From: Methylophaga frappieri
GTDB taxonomy: Bacteria; Pseudomonadota; Gammaproteobacteria; Nitrosococcales; Methylophagaceae
Direction of reading: 5' to 3'
DNA length: 32,000 nt
NCBI RefSeq assembly: GCF_000260965.1
Contig: NC_017856.1
Location: 2,250,001 to 2,282,000 of the forward strand
The notes below the pieces were generated by a model. It did not search any database. It was not told where the DNA came from and saw nothing but the letters and a program-made list of their open reading frames with translations. The position numbers were made by a program, and so were the translations under genes. Each line of letters opens with the position of its first letter. The first letter of the stretch is position 1. Positions 17,764 to 26,913 of this stretch are shown in pieces.

Positions 17764-18403
17764 TCGACTCGTCACGGGTTAATAATCTGGGAGAAGCCAC
17801 GGTTGTCGATGCCGGTTGAAAGACGCCTCGCAGTGTAGCAATAAACGTCTTAATGGCACGAAAAAGACGTGGCAAAAGCCAGATAGTCAGCAACACAAAA
17901 CCAACCAACAGAACAATAAATATCCAGGGCTGGGTCAGCGCCAGCCACAAACCGGCTATCACCAGCAGATCTTCGGTAATGGATGCCAGACTGTTACTAA
18001 AAGGCTCTGGGGACGTGTTAATCATCAATCGACTTCCTGCCTTACTGAGATGACTACTGGTGGCAAGCGCACCGCCAGTCAGCAACATCGCCAACTCTGT
18101 TGGCGCAGACAAATCGCCAACGATACCCGCTGCCAGCAATGCACCTGCCGGAATCCGGACAAAGGTTTGCAATACATCCCAGGCCGTATCAACACCGGGA
18201 ATTTTATCGGCAAAAAACTCCACAAAATACAGCGTCATGACAACGCCAATGACCACCGGATCGCTTAAAATCTGTAGACCCGCTGGTAAAACAATGATGT
18301 CGTAGGTTTGCAGTAAACCGAGTAACAGCAGCGTTGCATACAGGTTAATGCCGCTGGCCCAGGCCACCGCCAAACTGAGTATCAGCAGACTGACAACGTC
18401 CAA
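17744..18403 (-). CDS. DUF4126-like integral membrane protein
   Basis: This polytopic membrane protein carries ASGINLYATLLLLGL...FVEFFADKIPGVD, which I associate with DUF4126. The likely start is TTG 18403, 5 nt downstream of a strong GGGAGG SD. The tracked GTG start at 18442 would overlap the divergent Nif3 ORF region. Confidence 0.6.
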   Translation of the reverse strand: MDVVSLLILSLAVAWASGINLYATLLLLGLLQTYDIIVLPAGLQILSDPVVIGVVMTLYFVEFFADKIPGVDTAWDVLQTFVRIPAGALLAAGIVGDLSAPTELAMLLTGGALATSSHLSKAGSRLMINTSPEPFSNSLASITEDLLVIAGLWLALTQPWIFIVLLVGFVLLTIWLLPRLFRAIKTFIATLRGVFQPASTTVASPRLLTRDESISDADK

Positions 18404-18457
18404 TCGCGCCTCCCGTTTGTTATAGTGATCACACTCAATCACAATGAACCTTGTCTG

Positions 18458-19216
18458 ATGATACGCCGAAACGATCTTGTCGACTATTGCGATAACTTAT
18501 TACTGCCGCAGCAGTTTCAAGACTATTGCCCGAATGGACTGCAAGTTGCCGGTCAGGAAGACATTGCGCATATCGTGACCGGGGTAACGGCAAGTGAAGC
18601 GTTAATCGATGCGGCGATTGCTGCCAAGGCGCAGGCGATTTTGGTGCATCATGGTTATTTTTGGCGAGGTGAGCCAGCAGAAATTACCGGGATCAAGCAG
18701 CGAAGGCTGAAAAAACTGTTGGCCCATGATATCAACCTGATGGCATATCACCTGCCTTTGGACGCGCACCCGCAACTTGGCAATAATGCGCAACTCGCGA
18801 CCTTGATGGATTGGTCGGGAGCAGGGCAGATTAAGGGGACAGGCCAACCCGCTATTGCCTGGCATGGCAGTGTAACAAAGCCCTGTTCATTGGCGGAATT
18901 GACCGATACGCTTTCAGCCCGTTTGCAGCGTACACCACTTGTTATCAAGGGACATGATCGTCCTGTAAAAACAATTGGCTGGTGTACCGGTGCGGCGCAA
19001 GGCTATTTGGCGCAAGCAATTGAGATGGGATTGGATGCGTTTGTGAGTGGCGAAATATCGGAGCCAACGGTCCACCTTGCCCGTGAAGCCGGTATTCACT
19101 ATCTGGCAGCCGGGCATCATGCTACGGAGCGCTATGGTGTGAAGGCATTGGGTGAAGCGATTGCCAAAGCCTTGCCGGTCACAGTGCAATTCATTGATAT
19201 TGATAATCCAGTCTAA
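18458..19216 (+). CDS. ybgI: Nif3-like dinuclear metal centre protein (YbgI / GTP cyclohydrolase 1 type 2 family)
   Basis: It aligns by eye with E. coli YbgI: PNGLQV.G......IVTGVTAS, HHGYFW.GE, LLAHDINL..YHLPLDAHP.LGNNAQLA. The start is ATG 18458 (MIRRND). Confidence 0.85.
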   Translation: MIRRNDLVDYCDNLLLPQQFQDYCPNGLQVAGQEDIAHIVTGVTASEALIDAAIAAKAQAILVHHGYFWRGEPAEITGIKQRRLKKLLAHDINLMAYHLPLDAHPQLGNNAQLATLMDWSGAGQIKGTGQPAIAWHGSVTKPCSLAELTDTLSARLQRTPLVIKGHDRPVKTIGWCTGAAQGYLAQAIEMGLDAFVSGEISEPTVHLAREAGIHYLAAGHHATERYGVKALGEAIAKALPVTVQFIDIDNPV

Positions 19217-19229
19217 TAGGGAACTGACA

Positions 19230-20576
19230 ATGCTGACACACATGCAGGATTGGATAGATAAGGTACAACACTTTTTTCGGGTGACGCTCTGGCAGGAGGC
19301 CATTGAACAGGGCAGCCAAATTAAGCAGTTGGGCGTACGCCTGTTACGGGTTACCTATGTGATGGGACGAGAGCTGGGTACTGGGCAATTAAGTCTGCGT
19401 GCCATGAGTCTGGTATTTACCACTTTATTATCGTTGGTACCTCTCATTGCAGTGTCTTTTTCAGTATTGAAAGCGTTCGGTGTCCATAATCAGATCGAGC
19501 CATTTTTACTGGGTATGCTTGAGCCGCTTGGTACCAAAGGCGCAGAGTTGACCGCTAACATCATCGGCTTTGTTGAAAATATCAAAGTTGGTGTCTTGGG
19601 TTCTTTAGGTTTGGTTATGTTGTTTTACACCATTATCGGCCTGATTCAGAAAGTGGAAAGTGCCTTTAATTATGTTTGGCGGGTTGAACGGCCCAGGACG
19701 CTGGCTCGTCGTTTTACCGACTATCTCAGTGTGTTGATGATTGGGCCGGTGCTGGTTTTTTCAGCGCTGGGGATCACTGGCGCGGCACTGGATAATGATT
19801 TTGTGGTCCGCATGCAATCTATCGAACCCTTTGGCACATTGCTACTGCTGCTCAGTAAATTACTGCCTTATTTCATGATTATTCTGGCATTTACCTTTTT
19901 ATACACGTTTATTCCCAATACCCGGGTCAAACTGGGAGCTGCTTTTACCGGTGCTGCGGTGGCCGGCATACTGTGGGTCACATTAGGTACGCTATTTGCC
20001 AAATTCGTCGCATCGTCGACGAATTACACGGCAATTTATTCCAGTTTCGCCATTTTGTTTTTCTTCATGATATGGGTTTATTTGGCTTGGTTTATTTTAT
20101 TGATAGGCTCACAGGTAGCGTTTTATTTGCAACATCCAAAGCTGGTTCAGTTGGGCGGTAAAGCGCAGCAGTTAAGTCCCCGGCTGAGAGAGAAAGAAGG
20201 CTTGTGGTTGATGACCGCCATTGCCAGACGGTTTTGTCAGGGAGAACCGCCATTTACCCTGCAGGAACTGGAGCAAAAAACGGCGCTGAGCAGCGCCAGC
20301 TTGCTGGAATTGCTCTCCATTCTGGAGCAAGGCAGCTTGCTCACCGAACTTGCCGGTGAGGGTATTCGTTATGCGCCAGCCTGTGATGTGGCGAGCATCA
20401 CCGCAAAACAGGTTCTGGATTGTCTGCGCAGTGCCGAAGAGCGCGATTTGGTGCCACTTCGGCATCGCAGTGAACCGTCCGTTGATAAATTATTGGCAGC
20501 GTTATTGTCGGCACAGCAGCAAGTGACGGCTGACGTCACCTTGCGTGAATTGGCGATAGGCAAATCAGATGACTGA
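19230..20576 (+). CDS. yihY: YihY/BrkB family inner-membrane protein with a C-terminal cytoplasmic extension
   Basis: The N-terminal R...Y.....L....LSLRA.SLVFTTLLSLVPL pattern and six hydrophobic segments are typical of YihY. The roughly 140-aa C-terminal tail looks like a winged-helix domain (FTLQELEQKTALSSASLLELLSILEQGSLL). The start is ATG 19230. Confidence 0.78.
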   Translation: MLTHMQDWIDKVQHFFRVTLWQEAIEQGSQIKQLGVRLLRVTYVMGRELGTGQLSLRAMSLVFTTLLSLVPLIAVSFSVLKAFGVHNQIEPFLLGMLEPLGTKGAELTANIIGFVENIKVGVLGSLGLVMLFYTIIGLIQKVESAFNYVWRVERPRTLARRFTDYLSVLMIGPVLVFSALGITGAALDNDFVVRMQSIEPFGTLLLLLSKLLPYFMIILAFTFLYTFIPNTRVKLGAAFTGAAVAGILWVTLGTLFAKFVASSTNYTAIYSSFAILFFFMIWVYLAWFILLIGSQVAFYLQHPKLVQLGGKAQQLSPRLREKEGLWLMTAIARRFCQGEPPFTLQELEQKTALSSASLLELLSILEQGSLLTELAGEGIRYAPACDVASITAKQVLDCLRSAEERDLVPLRHRSEPSVDKLLAALLSAQQQVTADVTLRELAIGKSDD

Positions 20577-21786
20577 TTTTTCCGGGCTTGTCGGCCGGCG
20601 GATTTTACTCGGGGTGACGGGCAGTATTGCGGCTTATAAATCAGCAGATCTGGTGCGGCGACTTCAGGATGCGGGCGCTGAGGTCCGGGTAATGATGACT
20701 GAGGCTGCTTGTCAATTTATCACGCCGCTCACGATGCAGACCTTGAGCGGTTTTCCTGTTGCTTTGAATCTGCTTGATGCCGATGAAGAATCAACCATGG
20801 GCCACATTTCTCTGGCACGATGGGCTGACTGGATACTGATTGCGCCAGCGACTGCTGACACGTTGGCCAGGTTGGTACATGGCCGGGCAGATGATGTGCT
20901 GACAGCCACCGTATTGGCGAGTGAAGCGTCTTTGGCCGTGGCGCCAGCGATGAATAATAAAATGTGGTCTCACCCTGCAACCAAAGCCAATTTGACCACC
21001 TTGCAACAAAGACACGTCTGTATTCTGGGGCCAGCCAGTGGTGAGCAGGCCTGTGGCGAAACTGGAGAAGGCCGATTGTTGGAGCCTGCCGATATTCTGC
21101 AGCAGTTTGCCGCATACTTGCGTCCGCCCAGACTGGCAGGTAAGCAGATTGTGATTACGGCTGGCCCAACCTTTGAGCCTATTGATCCCGTACGTTTTCT
21201 AGGTAATCACAGCAGCGGCAAGATGGGCTTTGCCTTGGCCGCTGCGGCGGTGGATGCCGGGGCGACAGTGACTTTAATCAGCGGGCCGGTGAATTTGTCG
21301 ACCCCCAAAGGGGTGACGCGAATTGACGTAACGACCGCCACGCAAATGTACTCGCAGGCAATGCAATGTATCGAAGCGTGTCATATTTTTATTGGTTGTG
21401 CGGCGGTAGCGGATTATCGGGTGGCACAACCTGCTAGCCAGAAACATAAAAAAAACAGTCAGCCGCTGAGCCTGAGTCTAATCGAAAACCCGGATATTAT
21501 TGCGGCTGTCGCATCAGCCGAACACCGTCCGGCAATGGTCATTGGTTTTGCCGCTGAGACAGAAAATCTGGCAACGTATGCTAAAACCAAGTTAAAAACC
21601 AAAAAACTGGATATGATTGCTGCTAATCTGGTTGCACAAGGCAAGGTCTTTGGCAGCGATCAAAATGCCTTGCAGGTATACTGGCCGGATGGTGAAAGAC
21701 AGCTGCCTTTGGCACCTAAAACTCGCTTGGCCCAAGATTTGATGGATTTAATCACTGAGCACTACCATGCAAAAGATACAACTTAA
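20569..21786 (+). CDS. coaBC: Bifunctional phosphopantothenoylcysteine decarboxylase / phosphopantothenate-cysteine ligase CoaBC (Dfp)
   Basis: The 405-aa product has the flavoprotein N-domain motif [10 protein letters not shown] and PAMN, plus a C-terminal CoaB domain (ITAGPT.EPIDPVR...N.SSGKMG). It is followed by dut, the conserved dfp-dut order. Confidence 0.92.
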   Translation: MTDFSGLVGRRILLGVTGSIAAYKSADLVRRLQDAGAEVRVMMTEAACQFITPLTMQTLSGFPVALNLLDADEESTMGHISLARWADWILIAPATADTLARLVHGRADDVLTATVLASEASLAVAPAMNNKMWSHPATKANLTTLQQRHVCILGPASGEQACGETGEGRLLEPADILQQFAAYLRPPRLAGKQIVITAGPTFEPIDPVRFLGNHSSGKMGFALAAAAVDAGATVTLISGPVNLSTPKGVTRIDVTTATQMYSQAMQCIEACHIFIGCAAVADYRVAQPASQKHKKNSQPLSLSLIENPDIIAAVASAEHRPAMVIGFAAETENLATYAKTKLKTKKLDMIAANLVAQGKVFGSDQNALQVYWPDGERQLPLAPKTRLAQDLMDLITEHYHAKDTT

Positions 21787-22222
21787 GTTATTGGACCCGC
21801 GTCTAGGCGATACGATTGCCTTACCAAATTATGCGACAACCGGTTCTGCCGGCCTGGATTTACGCGCCTGCCTTGAACAATCAGTCTGTTTGCAGCCTGG
21901 AGAAACCACATTGATCCCCACCGGGCTGGCAATTCACATTGATGATCCGACACTGGCGGCAGTGTTGTTGCCGCGCTCTGGTCTGGGGCATAAACACGGC
22001 ATTGTGCTGGGTAATCTGGTTGGGTTGATTGACAGTGATTATCAGGGGCAAATTTTTGTGTCCTGCTGGAATCGGGGGCAGCATCCGTTTGATATTGAAA
22101 TTGGTGAACGTATTGCGCAAATGGTGTTTGTCCCAGTCGCCCAGGTTGCTTTTGAACAAGTAGATGAATTTTCGGCGAGTGAGCGTGGAACCGGAGGCTT
22201 CGGACATACCGGAAGACAATAA
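21767..22222 (+). CDS. dut: dUTP diphosphatase (dUTPase)
   Basis: The 151-aa product carries LDPRLG...[23 protein letters not shown] and [10 protein letters not shown], the five classical dUTPase motifs. Confidence 0.93.
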   Translation: MQKIQLKLLDPRLGDTIALPNYATTGSAGLDLRACLEQSVCLQPGETTLIPTGLAIHIDDPTLAAVLLPRSGLGHKHGIVLGNLVGLIDSDYQGQIFVSCWNRGQHPFDIEIGERIAQMVFVPVAQVAFEQVDEFSASERGTGGFGHTGRQ

Positions 22223-24876
22223 TGAGCGCCACGCCGCAGCTAAAAAAAGCATTCTCCCGACGATTTCATTCGACCGGTATTTTGTTTGGTGTTTTGCTGC
22301 TGTTGGTGGTTGTCTGGGCGATTAGGCAATTTGACTTAGATGCCCAGCAATCGCGCTATCAGCAATCACGTTACCTGTCTGATCAGCTGATTACGGAAAA
22401 AACAAAACGGGCGGCAAATACGATTCAGTCCTGGCATCAACAAGCGGGAAAAGTCGCAGAGTTATCGTCTTGGACAGCGGTCAAACAATACTGTTTGTTA
22501 GACGAGATTCCGCTTCAACCTGATGATGATTTATGTCTGCCGGTCAGTTTTATTACCCTCGCAGCGTTAAGGCAGGCTGATCAGGCTGGTACTGCACCGG
22601 TAGTGATGATCCAGTCCGAGTCAAAAGGCACTTATATAGAGTTGGTTCGCAAAGCAGGCGATCAATATCTTATCGTGGCGCTGCAGCCAGATTTACTAAA
22701 AGCGATGTCACAAACCTGGGCAGACAACGGGTATTGGGCACTGTATCAAGGAAGCAGTAATGCGAAGCCACTGGCAGTCAGTGGTGATCGCCAATGGATG
22801 ACGCAGACGCCCGACCAAACGGCAGATATTCCGGGCAGTTATTGGCAGTTACGTTTCTGGGCTGGAGAAATGCCATCACCGCCATTAATGTCGCCTTTGT
22901 TGTGGTATATCGCTGGATTAATCCTAGCGATAGTGAGCTGGTGGTTTCTCGTGATTTTATTGCCTCCACCGCCCAAGAAGCGACCTAAGCGCGATATTAG
23001 TAAACCCGCTCCCGAAGTGATTGCTTCTTATGAGCCGCGAATTTTGACGGGTTATGATCGTGAACGTTATTCAGCCACTGAAGATACTGATCCAGAGTCG
23101 ATGCAGGTCACCGTTGATAATGAGAATAATGATGCTGCAGAGACTGACATATCAACAGAGGCGGTGTCAGAAGCGAATAGCGATACAATCGAATACCAGC
23201 ATTATGATGCCTTTGATAGTCCGCCGCCAGAAGAAGACAGTCGACCGGCGCAGACAACACCAGATGTATTGGATTTTGATTGGCAGGATGGCGACTCAAA
23301 TGATGAGGCGCCCGTGCTTGACGAGGAACCACCACCCTCTGACGCCATGACGTCAAATCACGAGAAGCCTGCTGAGCCAGAATCCGAATTGCCCCAGCCA
23401 ACCGATATTTCTTTAATGCCTGCTCTCGATGTAGCCATGCAAAATGATAAACGCGTTGATGATGATATGACGCCAGATCGGGCAGCGAAAACGGAAATTG
23501 ACCCGGCTATTTTCAAAACATACGACATACGCGGCATTGTTGGCAGCCAATTGAACGAAGACATTATGTATCGTTTGGGTCAAGTGATTGGCAGTGAGGC
23601 GTTGAGCCGAGGGCAAAAACAGATTGTTCTGTCACGTGATGGGCGACATAGCAGTACTGCCTATGCTACTGCCGTGGCGAAAGGCTTGAATGCAACAGGC
23701 TGTGACGTCATTGATATTGGTGCCATGCCGACCCCGGTTTTGTATTTTGCAACACATCACTTAGAAACCAATTCCGGCGTGATGATCACCGGCAGTCATA
23801 ATCCGTCTGATTACAATGGCATCAAAATTGTTTTAGCTGGTGAAACATTGGCCGGTGAGTCGATAAAAATGTTACGGCAGCGGCTGGCCTTTGATGAAAT
23901 CCGTAGCGGTTCTGGTAATTATCTTCAACAAGCGGTCCATGATGCCTATATTGCCAAAGTGGCTGAACAGATTAGCTTATCCCGGAAATTGCAGATAGTC
24001 GTCGACTGTGGCAACGGGATTGCTGGGCCCATCGCGCCAGTTTTATTGGAGCGAATTGGCTGCAAGGTCACGCCACTTTACTGTGATGTCGATGGCGATT
24101 TTCCGAATCATCATCCCAATCCCGGTGATCCAGAAAATCTTCAGGCATTAATTGCGAAAGTCAGTGAGGTTGGCGCTGATCTTGGGCTGGCTTTTGATGG
24201 CGATGGCGATCGACTGGGGGTGGTCACTGCCAGCGGCGACATTATCTGGCCGGATAGGCTGTTACTGCTGTTTGCTCAGAATGTATTGGCTGAATATCCC
24301 GGCGAAACCATTCTATATGATGTGAAAAGTACCAGTCTGCTAAGAGAGCTCATCACACGCGCCGGCGGCAATCCAGTGATGGTGGCATCTGGCCACTCCC
24401 TGATACGCAAAGCGCTGCAAGAAAGTGGTGCCAGACTGGCCGGGGAGATGAGTGGCCATTTGTTTTTTGCGGATCGCTGGTATGGCTTTGATGATGCTTT
24501 ATACGCGGCCTGTCGCCTGCTAGAATTACTGGCGGCTGATCCGGCGGGACGGCAGCGTACGCCAGATCAAATCTTCGCGGCACAGCCTCGGCGCAGAAAC
24601 ACCCCGGAAATACATATTCCCATGCCGGATCCGGCGACGCGCCAATTCATGCGTCGGTTTAGCGAAAAGGCCGTCTTCGCTGAGGCAAATATCAGTGATA
24701 TTGATGGCATCAGAGCAGATTTTCATGATGGTTGGGGGCTGGTCAGGGCGTCCAATACGGTGCCGGGGCTGACCGTGCGTTTTGAAGCGGCAACGCAATC
24801 AGGACTCACGCGAATACAACAGTTATTTGCCACCCAGATGCGGCAGATTAAACCCGATTTGGATTTGCCTTTTTAA
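22222..24876 (+). CDS. algC: Phosphomannomutase/phosphoglucomutase (AlgC-type), with a 415-codon in-frame N-terminal extension; alternative start ATG 23467
   Basis: The C-terminal ~469 aa hold the PMM/PGM motifs TGSHNPSDYNG (catalytic Ser), FDGDGDR (Mg site) and GEMSGH. The upstream 415 codons are stop-free in the same frame and encode two TM helices and an acidic Pro/Asp/Glu-rich linker. ATG 22222 overlaps the dut TAA (TAATG). Confidence 0.85.
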   Translation: MSATPQLKKAFSRRFHSTGILFGVLLLLVVVWAIRQFDLDAQQSRYQQSRYLSDQLITEKTKRAANTIQSWHQQAGKVAELSSWTAVKQYCLLDEIPLQPDDDLCLPVSFITLAALRQADQAGTAPVVMIQSESKGTYIELVRKAGDQYLIVALQPDLLKAMSQTWADNGYWALYQGSSNAKPLAVSGDRQWMTQTPDQTADIPGSYWQLRFWAGEMPSPPLMSPLLWYIAGLILAIVSWWFLVILLPPPPKKRPKRDISKPAPEVIASYEPRILTGYDRERYSATEDTDPESMQVTVDNENNDAAETDISTEAVSEANSDTIEYQHYDAFDSPPPEEDSRPAQTTPDVLDFDWQDGDSNDEAPVLDEEPPPSDAMTSNHEKPAEPESELPQPTDISLMPALDVAMQNDKRVDDDMTPDRAAKTEIDPAIFKTYDIRGIVGSQLNEDIMYRLGQVIGSEALSRGQKQIVLSRDGRHSSTAYATAVAKGLNATGCDVIDIGAMPTPVLYFATHHLETNSGVMITGSHNPSDYNGIKIVLAGETLAGESIKMLRQRLAFDEIRSGSGNYLQQAVHDAYIAKVAEQISLSRKLQIVVDCGNGIAGPIAPVLLERIGCKVTPLYCDVDGDFPNHHPNPGDPENLQALIAKVSEVGADLGLAFDGDGDRLGVVTASGDIIWPDRLLLLFAQNVLAEYPGETILYDVKSTSLLRELITRAGGNPVMVASGHSLIRKALQESGARLAGEMSGHLFFADRWYGFDDALYAACRLLELLAADPAGRQRTPDQIFAAQPRRRNTPEIHIPMPDPATRQFMRRFSEKAVFAEANISDIDGIRADFHDGWGLVRASNTVPGLTVRFEAATQSGLTRIQQLFATQMRQIKPDLDLPF

Positions 24877-24899
24877 CGGCAACATTAACCAGAGTTTAG

Positions 24900-25804
<905 letters not shown>

Positions 25805-25805
<1 letters not shown>

Positions 25806-26422
25806 TGACCGTGGAAGTCAAGTCCGCTCGCGCTGAGGTAAAACAGTCCCGTCGCCAGGCGATTCTTGAAGCGCTGGCCAATGAGCTGGAACAAAACCCG
25901 GGTGAACGTATTACTACAGCGCGCCTCGCCGCGAGCTTAGGTGTCTCTGAAGCCGCTCTATATCGGCATTTTCCTAGCAAGGCACGGATGTTTGAGGGGT
26001 TGATTGCCTTTGCAGAAGAGACGATTTTTGCGCTGATCGCACGGATCTTGGAAGAGGAAAAGAACGCACTGAGCCGTTGTGAAAAAGTAATTGGTTTGAT
26101 GCTAGGGTTCAGTGCACGTAATCCGGGCATTACCAGTGTGCTGGTCGGGGTGGCCTTAACCGGAGAAACGGAACGTTTACGCATTCGGGTCAGTCAGTTG
26201 TTTGACCGTTTGGAAACCCAGTTCAGGCAGATTTTGCGAGAGCGTGAGCTGACCTTGACGCAGGCCGGCGGACGACCTGTTAATGAGACGGCCAATTTGT
26301 TGTTATGTATTGTTGAAGGTCACATGCAACAATATGTACGAAGTGGTTATCGGCAATCGCCATTGCAGGGCTGGGAAAAACAATGGCCACTGATTGCCAT
26401 GACATTAAAGGATTATCAATGA
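25805..26422 (+). CDS. slmA: Nucleoid occlusion factor SlmA (TetR family)
   Basis: [52 protein letters not shown] aligns closely by eye with E. coli SlmA ([51 protein letters not shown]). The ending WPLIA..L also matches. Confidence 0.88.
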
Positions 26423-26841
26423 TCAATGTAGTGGTGGTAGGCGAAGCGACATTACGGGGCATTGACTTAAGTCAGGATGCGGATTTTCAGGTAACCATCG
26501 TCACCGCGACTGAACTGAATCACATTATTGCCCAAGTAACGCAAGCTCAGGCGAATATCGTGCTGCTGGATCAGCATCATGATGAGTTGCATGCGGAAGT
26601 CATCTGTTCATTGCTGGCCAGGCAGTATCCGGCGTCGCAGAGCTTGATTTTGACCGATACGCGTCCGGATTTTGCCATGTTGGCCCGTACCGGATTTTCA
26701 GTACGGGGCTATCTCACCTCAGATCAACATGCCTTGCTAGGCAAGGCCATCCGTGCGCTCCATAGTGGTGAAGCCTGGCTACCAAGACGGCTTGTTGCCG
26801 AAATGTTGAACCGGTTTGCAGCAGGTAGTTTGGCCGCGTGA
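26419..26841 (+). CDS. Stand-alone degenerate receiver (REC)-like domain protein, NarL/FixJ-like but without the HTH output domain
   Basis: The 140-aa product aligns by eye with the NarL REC domain: VVVVGE for LLIDDH, IVLLD (the phospho-acceptor Asp is retained), LILTD (Thr retained), GYLTSD for GYLLKD (the conserved Lys is lost), then AIRALHSGEAWL. The ATG overlaps the slmA stop (ATGA). Confidence 0.6.
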   Translation: MINVVVVGEATLRGIDLSQDADFQVTIVTATELNHIIAQVTQAQANIVLLDQHHDELHAEVICSLLARQYPASQSLILTDTRPDFAMLARTGFSVRGYLTSDQHALLGKAIRALHSGEAWLPRRLVAEMLNRFAAGSLAA

Positions 26842-26913
26842 TATAACCCTGTTGACAGGTGAGCGATAACGTTCCTTGTCAACAATCCAATTAATCAATC
26901 AGGACAACCCGCT

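Noticed and set aside
17816-18305. Plus-strand ORFs (150, 66 and 81 aa) opposite the DUF4126-like gene; similarly 21783-22252 opposite dut, 16499-16870 opposite the SDR gene, 12831-13190 opposite the FNT gene, 1326-1664 opposite prmC, 20729-21115 opposite coaBC, 27628-28002 opposite manC, and 4895-5254 in an alternate minus-strand frame within the PilZ-like gene
   Set aside because: All are embedded in genes that have clear family motifs in the annotated frame (or, for the PilZ-like gene, one long uninterrupted ORF with PilZ-type signatures). I treated them as non-coding shadow frames.
22339-22380. The tandem QQSRY-QQSRY peptide repeat in the AlgC extension as a repeat element
   Set aside because: There are only two copies, and the codon usage is imperfect at the DNA level. 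I noted it only as part of the extension's low-complexity character.
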